Assembly (NCBI GenBank): GCA_045047115.1
Contig: JASFYR010000010.1
Span: 1 to 64,000, forward strand
Reading direction: 5' to 3'
From: Sulfurospirillum sp.
GTDB lineage: Bacteria > Campylobacterota > Campylobacteria > Campylobacterales > Sulfurospirillaceae
Length of the DNA stretch: 64,000 nucleotides
Position numbers and translations under genes: made by a program. The notes beneath the pieces were generated by a model. That model was not told the DNA's origin. It worked only from the letters and a program-made list of their open reading frames with translations, and searched no databases. Positions 30,155-38,702 of the stretch are shown here, in pieces; within the stretch, counting starts at the first letter, position 1, and every line of letters begins with the position of its first letter.

Positions 30155-31734
30155 CACTTACCTCTCTTTACGCCAAACCAAAATGGCAAACTTTTACTTT
30201 TTTCAATGTACGGCATCAAATACTGATATATACCATGCGTTCCTAAAATAGCAGTAAGCATAGAAGCTAAAATACCAATACTCATAGTAACAGCAAATCC
30301 TTTGATAGGACCCGTTCCGTATGCATAAAGCACTACCGCTGCGATAAGTGTCGTGATATTTGCATCCAAGATGGCACTCATAGCATTTGCATAACCCTTC
30401 TCTACAGCCTGGGCAACACTTTTGCCCTCACGGAAGAGCTCTCTTATGCGTTCATTAATGATAACATTGGCGTCAACTGCCATACCGACTGTCAGGACGA
30501 TACCTGCCATACCCGGAAGTGTCAAAGTCGCACCAAACAAAGCCATGATGGCTATCACCAAAAAGAGATTTACCAACAACGCTACATCTGCGATGAGTCC
30601 GGCCATACCATAGTAAACTATCATAAATAAAAATACCAGCACAAAACCTGTTATAAGAGCCAGCATACTTGCTTTGATGCTGTCTGCTCCAAGACTTGGT
30701 CCCACACTTCGTTTTTCAAGCAGTTTTACAGGAGCCAAAAGAGCCCCGCTTCTTAGCGCAATAGCCACATCATGTGCCTCTTTGACTGTAAAACCACCAC
30801 TTATCTGTCCGCTTCCTCCACCAATTCTCTCTCTGATAACCGGAGCCGAATAGACTTTATTGTCAAGAACAATCGCTAAATGATTTCCAACATTTTTGGC
30901 TGTATAGTCACCAAATATTTTAGCACCTTCACTGTTTAGAGTAAAGTTGATAACCGGCTGATTCATATTGCTAAAGCCGACTTTTGCATCTGTAAGCATA
31001 CTTCCATCTAAAATCGGAACACTTTTTACTATATGTTTGATTTTTGGATTTTTGGAATCGGGTAGTATCACATCTCCGTAACTTGCCGCTTCATCTTCAC
31101 TCATATTGTTTGCCTGATCAGCTCTTTTTTCGTCTATCGCCATCAACTGGAGATGAGCTGCTTTGGCTATAAGTTCTCTTGCCCTCTTCTCTTGCTCTAT
31201 GGTTTTGATACCCGGTAGCTCAACAAGTATCTTATCTACTCCCTGTTTTGCAACATTTGGCTCACTTAGTCCAAATTGATCAAGCCTGTTTCTGATAGTC
31301 TCAACTGCTTGGGAGATAGCAAACTTTTTAGTCGCTGCTTTTTCTTGATTGCTTAGACTTAGAACATAAGAGAGCTTATCTTTGTTTATTTGGATTCCAG
31401 GAATTTTTTTGATCATAGCATCAAGATTTTTTTCTTCATCTCCATCCAAAAGTGTAAAAGTAACCAAATCATCCTTAACTCTTAGATTATCAATAACAAT
31501 GTCATTGTTATCTGTAAAAAATTTTATGCTTGAAGCGATTGATTTCATTTTTGATTTTATGGCCTCATCAGTTTTTACGCCTAGAAGCATATGCAAACCA
31601 CCCTGAAGATCAAGTCCCAAGGATATTTTGTCGCCTTTGTCGGTTTGCAAAAAGGTAGGCAGTGAGAAGCCCACCCCAAATACAATTGCAATGAAAAAAA
31701 TCACCAAGCGGTAATTTAATCCACCTTTACTCAT
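30154..31734 (-). CDS. secD: Protein translocase subunit SecD
   Basis: LGLDLQGG, VGPSLG, GMAVDANVIINERIRE. Confidence 0.96.
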   Translation of the reverse strand: MSKGGLNYRLVIFFIAIVFGVGFSLPTFLQTDKGDKISLGLDLQGGLHMLLGVKTDEAIKSKMKSIASSIKFFTDNNDIVIDNLRVKDDLVTFTLLDGDEEKNLDAMIKKIPGIQINKDKLSYVLSLSNQEKAATKKFAISQAVETIRNRLDQFGLSEPNVAKQGVDKILVELPGIKTIEQEKRARELIAKAAHLQLMAIDEKRADQANNMSEDEAASYGDVILPDSKNPKIKHIVKSVPILDGSMLTDAKVGFSNMNQPVINFTLNSEGAKIFGDYTAKNVGNHLAIVLDNKVYSAPVIRERIGGGSGQISGGFTVKEAHDVAIALRSGALLAPVKLLEKRSVGPSLGADSIKASMLALITGFVLVFLFMIVYYGMAGLIADVALLVNLFLVIAIMALFGATLTLPGMAGIVLTVGMAVDANVIINERIRELFREGKSVAQAVEKGYANAMSAILDANITTLIAAVVLYAYGTGPIKGFAVTMSIGILASMLTAILGTHGIYQYLMPYIEKSKSLPFWFGVKRGK

Positions 31735-31999
31735 CTATTTTCTTTGCTATATACTCTTTTGAGATTTTTACCGTTACATCATTATTAAGTGAAACTTTGA
31801 TAAAATTCTCTTCAGGTTTGATAACCTCACATATAAGTCCGCCATTTGTGATAACCTTGTCTCCTTTTTTGAGACCGGCAATCATATCCTTATGTTGCTT
31901 TGCTTGTTTTTGTTGAGGTCTTATAACCAAAAAATAAAAAATCGCGAAAAGTACGATCAATGGTAGTAAAGAAGTCAGCATATTTGAACCGCCTTGCAT
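31727..31999 (-). CDS. yajC: Preprotein translocase subunit YajC
   Basis: FYFLVIRPQQK, LKKGDKVITNGG. Confidence 0.95.
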   Translation of the reverse strand: MQGGSNMLTSLLPLIVLFAIFYFLVIRPQQKQAKQHKDMIAGLKKGDKVITNGGLICEVIKPEENFIKVSLNNDVTVKISKEYIAKKIDE

Positions 32000-33237
32000 G
32001 TAAATCCTTTTATGTAAAAATTTTAAGAGATTATTTTACCATTTCTTATATAATAAAAGGCTTTGTTACTGCTTTTTGTCTCTCTATTTTTATATATCTT
32101 GAATATTTCAATATTCATTCAAAAATATTAAATTCTATTTTGGTAATCTTGGGATTTTATCTGCTTCTTAAAATCAATAAACAAGGGCTTTTTTGGAGTG
32201 GTTTTTTTATAGGAATATTTTGGTTTTACTGGATAAGTCTTAGTTTCAGATACTACGATTTGGAATATCTCATACCCTTTGTTATACTTATAATTGCTCT
32301 GATTTATGGAGTCATATTTGGCATAATAGGACTTTTTAACAACATTCTCATAAGAGCTTTTTTATTTTTTGGACTCAGTTTTTTTTCACCATTTGGGTTC
32401 AACTGGTTAAAGTTAGAGTTAAGTCTGATAGATACTTATTTTAGCACTCAAATCTACTCTTATGCTCTTTTTTTGATAGCCATACTTTTTATGATAAAAT
32501 TACCAAAATATTACAGACTCTTCTGCATCCCTTTGCTTATTGCCTGTATGTGGCAACAAAAGATGAACACTCAAAAATTACCTCTACATGTAAAGATCAT
32601 AAAAAGTGACATAAACCAAAGAGATAAGTGGAATAAGAGATTTGAGAACAGTTTGGTAAAAGAGAATTTTATTCAAATATCAAGTGCAATTAAACAAGGA
32701 TATGACCTCATCATATTTCCAGAGAGTGCCTTTCCTCAATACCTGAATCTACATGAGTGTGAGATTGAAACACTGAAAAAACTATCATTTCATATAGATA
32801 TAGTAGCAGGTGGATTGACATATCAAAATCATAAAATATACAACTCGTCATATCACTTTTCAAACGGAGTGATGAATATAGCACACAAAGTAACTCTCGT
32901 ACCTTTTGGCGAAGAGATACCTCTGCCGTCATTTTTAAACAGATTTATAAACAAGATATTTTTTAACTCGGCAAATGATTATTCAAGAGCTAAAAAACCA
33001 AAAAATTTTACGATAAAAGGCATAAAATTCAGAAGTGCTGTCTGCTTTGAAGCAACAACAGACAGACTCTTTGAAAATGCCCCGAAACAGATGATAGCCA
33101 TCAGCAACAATGCATGGTTTAAGCCCTCGATAGAGCCGACTCTACAACACCTGCTGCTAAAATTTTACGCTAAAAGATATAACATCACCATCTACCACAG
33201 CGCAAATGGTGGCATAAGCGGAGTTATCCGACCATAG
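31960..33237 (+). CDS. lnt: Apolipoprotein N-acyltransferase (start uncertain)
   Basis: TM N-terminus, FPES, K..LVPFGE, CFE, SNNAWF, SANGG. Confidence 0.88.
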   Translation: MVVKKSAYLNRLACKSFYVKILRDYFTISYIIKGFVTAFCLSIFIYLEYFNIHSKILNSILVILGFYLLLKINKQGLFWSGFFIGIFWFYWISLSFRYYDLEYLIPFVILIIALIYGVIFGIIGLFNNILIRAFLFFGLSFFSPFGFNWLKLELSLIDTYFSTQIYSYALFLIAILFMIKLPKYYRLFCIPLLIACMWQQKMNTQKLPLHVKIIKSDINQRDKWNKRFENSLVKENFIQISSAIKQGYDLIIFPESAFPQYLNLHECEIETLKKLSFHIDIVAGGLTYQNHKIYNSSYHFSNGVMNIAHKVTLVPFGEEIPLPSFLNRFINKIFFNSANDYSRAKKPKNFTIKGIKFRSAVCFEATTDRLFENAPKQMIAISNNAWFKPSIEPTLQHLLLKFYAKRYNITIYHSANGGISGVIRP

Positions 33238-33241
33238 GGAA

Positions 33242-33775
33242 TCAGTTCTTATTTTGTGTTTTTCCAAAGAGCTTATCCAAACACTCTTTTTTAAAGCTTA
33301 TCATCGGTACTTTTGAGGCGTACTCTCTATACTCATCGCCAAATTTTTTTCTCACTTCCCACTCTTCAAAAATAATCACCATAAAGATTATAAAAATCAT
33401 CTCAAGTGGAGCTATAATAGAGATAAAAGTAGGCGAGCCGACTATAAGGGCAACACCCAAAGGCAAAAGGGTCAATCCAAAAAGCATAGGATGTCTCATA
33501 CAACTATATATACCCGTTGTCACAAGATGATTTGTCTCCAGTCTTGGTATATCTCCAACTCGCCCTTTTTTCAACTCTCTTCCGCCGTTTGCCGCGGATC
33601 TGAAAGCATAAAGCAAAACGATACAGCCCAATATGAAAGAGATGATATGAAAGATACAGCTATGCCAAACAGGGTCTTCAATATCGGCAAAGATTCCATA
33701 TATAGCACCCCCTAAGAGTAAAAAAATCCACAGTAAAATGCGAATCACTACCGAAAGTGAAGTTTTTATCTTCAT
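33242..33775 (-). CDS. ICMT/PEMT-family integral membrane SAM-dependent methyltransferase
   Basis: LVTTGIYSCMRHPM, EE..KKFG.EY.EY..VP. Confidence 0.85.
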   Translation of the reverse strand: MKIKTSLSVVIRILLWIFLLLGGAIYGIFADIEDPVWHSCIFHIISFILGCIVLLYAFRSAANGGRELKKGRVGDIPRLETNHLVTTGIYSCMRHPMLFGLTLLPLGVALIVGSPTFISIIAPLEMIFIIFMVIIFEEWEVRKKFGDEYREYASKVPMISFKKECLDKLFGKTQNKN

Positions 33776-33796
33776 ATCATCCTCTTTATATTAAGA

Positions 33797-35008
33797 CTAT
33801 TTCAAAGCCTCAAAGAGCTCTAGTGCATCTAGCTTTTCCCATGGATAATCACTCTGTCCAACTTGCCCTCTTCCTGCCACATCAGCATACAAAAAAGTCT
33901 CCTTACTGGGCTTGTCCAAGCCAAATCTTTCCGTTATCCATCTTGGAGTCAAATCAAATGTGTTCAAAACAAAATTTGATAAAACATCATCACTCACACT
34001 TGTATGTGTACCAAAAGTATCTACGCTGATTGAAACCGGCTTTGCCACACCGATAGCGTAAGAGAGTTGTACTGAGCATTTTTTAGCCAAACCGCTTGCT
34101 ACTATATGTTTGGCTATCCATCTTCCTGCATAAAGACCACTTCTGTCAACTTTCGTGTAATCCTTACTGCTTTGTGCTCCTCCACCTATCGGAGAGTATC
34201 CGCCAAAACTGTCAACTATCAATTTTCGTCCTGTCAAACCTGAGTCATGCAAGGAACTGTGATTTACATATCTTCCTGTTGGGTTTAGGTGTAGTATTGT
34301 ATTTTCAGGATCATAAAGTCTTGGAGGAAGCCCAGTATCATCTATCAAACCTTTTAAGAGTTCTCTCACTTCTTCTATAGGCATATCTTCAACCGACGGA
34401 GCTGAAACCACAATCGTATGAATCTTTTGAGGCAGACAATTTTCAAAATTCTCTTTAGTTCCATAGTCTATGGTAACTTGAGTTTTTATATCCACTCCCA
34501 GTTTTTGGTTGTGTTGGAGTGCATAATTATATACTTTATCGCAAATCATCCTCGCATAAGTGATGGCTGAGGGCATAAAATCTGCTGTCTCATTTGTAGC
34601 AAAACCAAACATGATACCCTGATCACCTGCTCCTATCTCGCCTGTTTTTTGATCAACCCCTTGAGATATGTCAGCTGATTGCCTGTTTAACAAAACTTGA
34701 ATCTCTACGTCCTCAGGATGCAAACACTGCTTCTTGCTAAAAGCTGATTTTCCATCATATCCTATCTTTATAAGAGCATCTTTTACTATTTTTTTATAAT
34801 CTTTTGTATCTAATGGGGCTGAAGTTTTAACTTCACCGCCTATTATGATATTTTTACCGGCGACAAAAACTTCACTGGCAACTCTTGAATTCGAATCAGC
34901 AATTATCAAAGCATCAACGATGCTGTCAGCTATGATATCCGCACATTTATCCGGGTGACCCGGGCTTACGACTTCACTTGTAAATAAGTATTGGGGTGTA
35001 TTTTCCAT
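33797..35008 (-). CDS. metK: S-adenosylmethionine synthetase
   Basis: FTSE.V..GHPDK, GAGDQG, GLTGRK, GGGA.S.KD.TKVDRS. Confidence 0.97.
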   Translation of the reverse strand: MENTPQYLFTSEVVSPGHPDKCADIIADSIVDALIIADSNSRVASEVFVAGKNIIIGGEVKTSAPLDTKDYKKIVKDALIKIGYDGKSAFSKKQCLHPEDVEIQVLLNRQSADISQGVDQKTGEIGAGDQGIMFGFATNETADFMPSAITYARMICDKVYNYALQHNQKLGVDIKTQVTIDYGTKENFENCLPQKIHTIVVSAPSVEDMPIEEVRELLKGLIDDTGLPPRLYDPENTILHLNPTGRYVNHSSLHDSGLTGRKLIVDSFGGYSPIGGGAQSSKDYTKVDRSGLYAGRWIAKHIVASGLAKKCSVQLSYAIGVAKPVSISVDTFGTHTSVSDDVLSNFVLNTFDLTPRWITERFGLDKPSKETFLYADVAGRGQVGQSDYPWEKLDALELFEALK

Positions 35009-35165
35009 TTTTGTTTTCCATTTCTTTGTTTTCCATAAGAGTTAGACTCTTAATTGTTTTCCATCCTTTTGTTTTCCATATTTTAAGAAGATTCATTGTG
35101 AATCAAATATAAGATTAAAAAGTTTGAATTGAGGCTTTTGCCCACCGTTTGCCAAATACAAGATA
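35009..35165 (-). promoter_or_regulatory. Long structured metK 5' leader with tandem AUGGAAAACAA repeats and uORFs
   Basis: TATAAT at 35173-35168; ATGGAAAA at 35079, 35064, 35036, 35021 and 35008; hairpins 35036-35052 and 35090-35104. Confidence 0.65.
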
Positions 35166-35226
35166 AAATTATACAACTTTTATATAAATAGATGATAAAT
35201 TTACTATTTTTTGCTAAAATTAGTAT

Positions 35227-35667
35227 ATGAAAGAAAAGTTATACTCCTATTTTTTAGTATCGATGCAGTATTTGCTTGCGTTTATACTTCTCTTTTTAAA
35301 CAGTTCATTTACTTCAAAGATAGTCCCTTTGAGTATATTTGTAGTTGGATTTATCATAGGGATTTATGCAATATACAACAATAAACTTCACAATTTCAAC
35401 ATCATCCCGGAGATAAAAGACGGTGCAGAGTTAGTGACTCATGGTGTCTATGGGTATATAAGACATCCCATGTACTTTTCGGTGGCTCTCATGATGTTTG
35501 GTATCGTCATTTTTGACTTAAACATTATAAATATCACCATATATCTTCTATTGCTTTTGTCACTCTTTCTAAAGGCTAACAAAGAGGAAAAACTTTGGAG
35601 TAAAAAAACACCAAATTACAAGAAGTACAAACAAAAAACAAAGATGATAATTCCACATATATTATAA
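35227..35667 (+). CDS. ICMT/PEMT-family integral membrane SAM-dependent methyltransferase
   Basis: LVTHGVYGYIRHPMY, KA..EEK.W..Y..YK..T..IIP. Confidence 0.85.
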   Translation: MKEKLYSYFLVSMQYLLAFILLFLNSSFTSKIVPLSIFVVGFIIGIYAIYNNKLHNFNIIPEIKDGAELVTHGVYGYIRHPMYFSVALMMFGIVIFDLNIINITIYLLLLLSLFLKANKEEKLWSKKTPNYKKYKQKTKMIIPHIL

Positions 35668-35840
35668 AGGATTTTTATGCAAAATTTTCCACCTAAGTAT
35701 AATATCTAAAATTAAAAAGCACTTTTGCAAAAAACAAAAAAATTGATAAAATCCATTACACAACAAATTCGGTAAAACTTATAAGTGCTTAACCATTCTT
35801 TTAAATCTATTTTGGAAGGTTTGTTTTAGATGTTTTGCTC

Positions 35841-36326
35841 TTAAGTACCTAACCACTGTTTTTGATTTATTTGGTTAGAATTTTGGTGTTTAATAAGGAA
35901 AGAGTTTAACTGATTTGCAAATTTTTGGGCATCTTTTTTATCAAAAGCTGACGGACCTTTTGTCATCTCGCCACTCTCTCTGATAGCTTGCATCAAATCT
36001 CTCATAGCCAAGTATTGTTTGATATTATCTACGCTGTAAAGCTCACCTCTGTGATCTATGGCATGGGCCTTTCTTGTTATCACTCTGTCAGCTAGCGGTA
36101 TGTCGGCAGTGATAACCAAATCTCCCTCATCAAGCATATCGATTATATGATCGTCCGCCTCGTCTGCTCCTGCTTTGACAATTATATAGGTGATATATTT
36201 TGATTTTCCTATGTTTATCTTTTTATTTGAAACAACATAAGTCTCCAGGTCCAATCTCTCTATCGCCTTTAAAACTATGGGTTTTAAAAGATTTGGAAAG
36301 GCATCTCCATCTATAAAAAGTCTCAT
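35841..36326 (-). CDS. YaiI/YqxD family protein
   Basis: IDGDAFP, GADEADD.I, DLVITADIPLA; ATGA overlap with tusA-like gene. Confidence 0.88.
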   Translation of the reverse strand: MRLFIDGDAFPNLLKPIVLKAIERLDLETYVVSNKKINIGKSKYITYIIVKAGADEADDHIIDMLDEGDLVITADIPLADRVITRKAHAIDHRGELYSVDNIKQYLAMRDLMQAIRESGEMTKGPSAFDKKDAQKFANQLNSFLIKHQNSNQINQKQWLGT

Positions 36327-36547
36327 TTCTCTATGCTTATGCACCAACCGCCATCACCCACAGGCTCTTTTGAGAGTACTTTATGTCCCTCTTTTTCAAC
36401 TGAACCCGGAAGATTTTCTATAGCTGAGCCATCATCTATGAGAAGCTCTAAAATCTCACCTTTTTTCATGCTTGCCAAAACCAGCTTTGTCTTGGCAAAA
36501 TTCACGGGACATTTAATACCTCTAAAATCTTTTTTTATACTACTCAT
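36323..36547 (-). CDS. TusA/SirA family sulfur carrier
   Basis: DFRGIKCP, GEILELLIDD, EGHKV. Confidence 0.88.
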   Translation of the reverse strand: MSSIKKDFRGIKCPVNFAKTKLVLASMKKGEILELLIDDGSAIENLPGSVEKEGHKVLSKEPVGDGGWCISIEK

Positions 36548-37356
36548 ATCTTCACCTCACAACTGTTTTGCTCATAATCACTTAATTTTTTAATGCCATT
36601 TTTTCCGCACACTCTACACTCCGGATTTTTTTGGAATTTTACCTTATCAAAATCCATACCCATCATATCTGCTATAAGAAGTTTGTTTATCAAAAGCTCT
36701 CCATTGCCTGTCAGATACTTTACTGCTTCAGTCGCTTGTATACTACCAAGCACTCCGGCAACCGTACCCAAAACTCCGGCTTGCGAACAAGTTGGTACAC
36801 TGTCTTTTGGTGGTGGAGCATCAAACACACAGGCATAACAGGCCGACTCATGCGGAACAATAGTCATAGTCTGAGCGATAAACCTCAAAATACCACCATG
36901 AGAAAAAGCAATATCGGCCAATACACAAGCGTCATTTATCAAAAATTTTGTAGCAAAATTATCGGCTCCATCTATAACAAAATCATACTTTTTTACGATA
37001 TCCAAAATATTTGAAGCATTTAGAAACTTATCATAAGTAATGACATTTATACCCGGGTTGAGAGCTTTCATCTTCTGCTTAGCAGATTTGGTTTTTGCTA
37101 TGCCTATATCATCAGTGGTGTGAATTATCTGTCTTTGGAGATTGCTCAAATCCACTACATCACCGTCAGCTATCCCTATTGTTCCAACTCCTGCAGCCGC
37201 CAAGTACAAAGCTGCCGGACTTCCCAATCCTCCTGCTCCTACAATCAAAACTTTGGAATTTAAAAGTTTCAACTGACCCTCTATACCGATATCCTTAAGT
37301 ATGATATGCCTGGCATACCTTTCTATCTCTTCATCATTGAAATCTGTTTTTATCAT
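36544..37356 (-). CDS. MoeB/ThiF/HesA family adenylyltransferase
   Basis: RYARHI, GAGGLG, DLSNLQRQ, CYAC, C..AGVLG, CRVC. Confidence 0.92.
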   Translation of the reverse strand: MIKTDFNDEEIERYARHIILKDIGIEGQLKLLNSKVLIVGAGGLGSPAALYLAAAGVGTIGIADGDVVDLSNLQRQIIHTTDDIGIAKTKSAKQKMKALNPGINVITYDKFLNASNILDIVKKYDFVIDGADNFATKFLINDACVLADIAFSHGGILRFIAQTMTIVPHESACYACVFDAPPPKDSVPTCSQAGVLGTVAGVLGSIQATEAVKYLTGNGELLINKLLIADMMGMDFDKVKFQKNPECRVCGKNGIKKLSDYEQNSCEVKI

Positions 37357-37476
37357 GATATTTGACCTATTTTATATATTTACTTGGCGAAGTAATAAGG
37401 TTATTTTAACCTAGCTTTTTAAACCTGTCAAATTTTTTCTGTGATATAATATCGATTTTTAAAAAGGGATAACCAT

Positions 37477-38034
37477 ATGAAATTTTTATACTCTAGCCAT
37501 TCACATTTCAATCTTGCAAATTTGATTACTTTTTCAAACATAGCAGCGGGTTTGATAGCAACTTATCTCATATCACAAAATATCTTTTTATGGGCTGCGG
37601 TTTTTGCATGGCTTGGCGGTGCGTTTGACATCATGGATGGCAAAATAGCAAGAAAGCACGATCTCTCTACTGAATTTGGCATACAACTAGACAGCTTTGC
37701 GGACTTTTTAAGTTTTGTTTTGGTGCCTGTATTTTTTATATTTCAAGCTATTTATCTAGCAAATTTAAGTGGTTTTTGGCTTTTTATCGCCGGAATCGCA
37801 AGCATCTACTATGTGATTTCGGGGCTTAGACGATTGATCCAATTCAACATAAACGCTGAAACAGGAAAAGCAGAGAAATTCTTTACCGGAGTTCCAACAC
37901 CACTTGGCGCTATACTTTTATGGGTATTTTACCTGGGAAACCTTGCTGGATTATTCTCTACTTCATCCATTATTATACTGATGATACTAACAGCTTGGAG
38001 CCTAAACTCGAGGATAAAAGTTCCTCACCCATAG
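37477..38034 (+). CDS. CDP-alcohol phosphatidyltransferase (PssA-like)
   Basis: D..DGKIARK....FG.QLDSFAD, FN, FTGVPTP. Confidence 0.85.
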   Translation: MKFLYSSHSHFNLANLITFSNIAAGLIATYLISQNIFLWAAVFAWLGGAFDIMDGKIARKHDLSTEFGIQLDSFADFLSFVLVPVFFIFQAIYLANLSGFWLFIAGIASIYYVISGLRRLIQFNINAETGKAEKFFTGVPTPLGAILLWVFYLGNLAGLFSTSSIIILMILTAWSLNSRIKVPHP

Positions 38035-38035
38035 T

Positions 38036-38656
38036 TTATACCAATATCAAGCCAATTCCCATTAGTATAAACAATCCTCCTGAAATTTTATAAAAGATTT
38101 TTAGCTTATTTTCATCAAAAAACCATGGTTTTGCACTTTTGGATATGTAGCCGTAAAACATCAGCGAACAAAATGATATGCTCATAAATGTTGCAGTCAT
38201 TATGAAAAATTGCAGTGTTATGCTTCTGCTCTCTTCCATAAACAAAGGAAATACAGCACTGAAGAAAAGTATCGGTTTTGGGTTTGTAACGGCTACTAAA
38301 AAACCTCTTTTGAAAACTTTCTTGGCACTGTATCTTTTGTGTTTTGACTCTTTTGCAAGGTGCAGACTTGTGTGGTTGTTTCTCATCTGTTTGATTCCTA
38401 GATAGGCTAGATACAAAGCTCCTGTAATCTTTAAAGCTGTATAAAAAACTACTGAGCTTTTCAGTAAAACTCCCACTCCAAACATCGCAATACTTGAGAG
38501 CATAAAGAGTCCTAGTATATTTCCGATTGCAGAGATAAAAACTGCTCTAAGATTGAGGCTTATAGCAGTATTTATCGCCAAAAGTATAGCAGCTCCCGGA
38601 GATGTGATGGTAAAAAATGCTATAAGCATATAGTTTAAATAGTTGTGTAAATCCAT
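38036..38656 (-). CDS. LysE/RhtB family exporter
   Basis: SPG, GALYLAYLG, GFLVAVTNPK.ILFF. Confidence 0.9.
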   Translation of the reverse strand: MDLHNYLNYMLIAFFTITSPGAAILLAINTAISLNLRAVFISAIGNILGLFMLSSIAMFGVGVLLKSSVVFYTALKITGALYLAYLGIKQMRNNHTSLHLAKESKHKRYSAKKVFKRGFLVAVTNPKPILFFSAVFPLFMEESRSITLQFFIMTATFMSISFCSLMFYGYISKSAKPWFFDENKLKIFYKISGGLFILMGIGLILV

Positions 38657-38702
38657 GGCAAAATTATATATCTGTTTTGTTTTTTCGTATAGTAGATTAT
38701 TG

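Noticed and set aside
34974..35096. 40-aa ORF MNLLKIWKTKGWKT.. spanning the metK leader as a protein gene
   Set aside because: ATG lies in a hairpin without SD; sequence derives from the repeats; covered by the leader finding.
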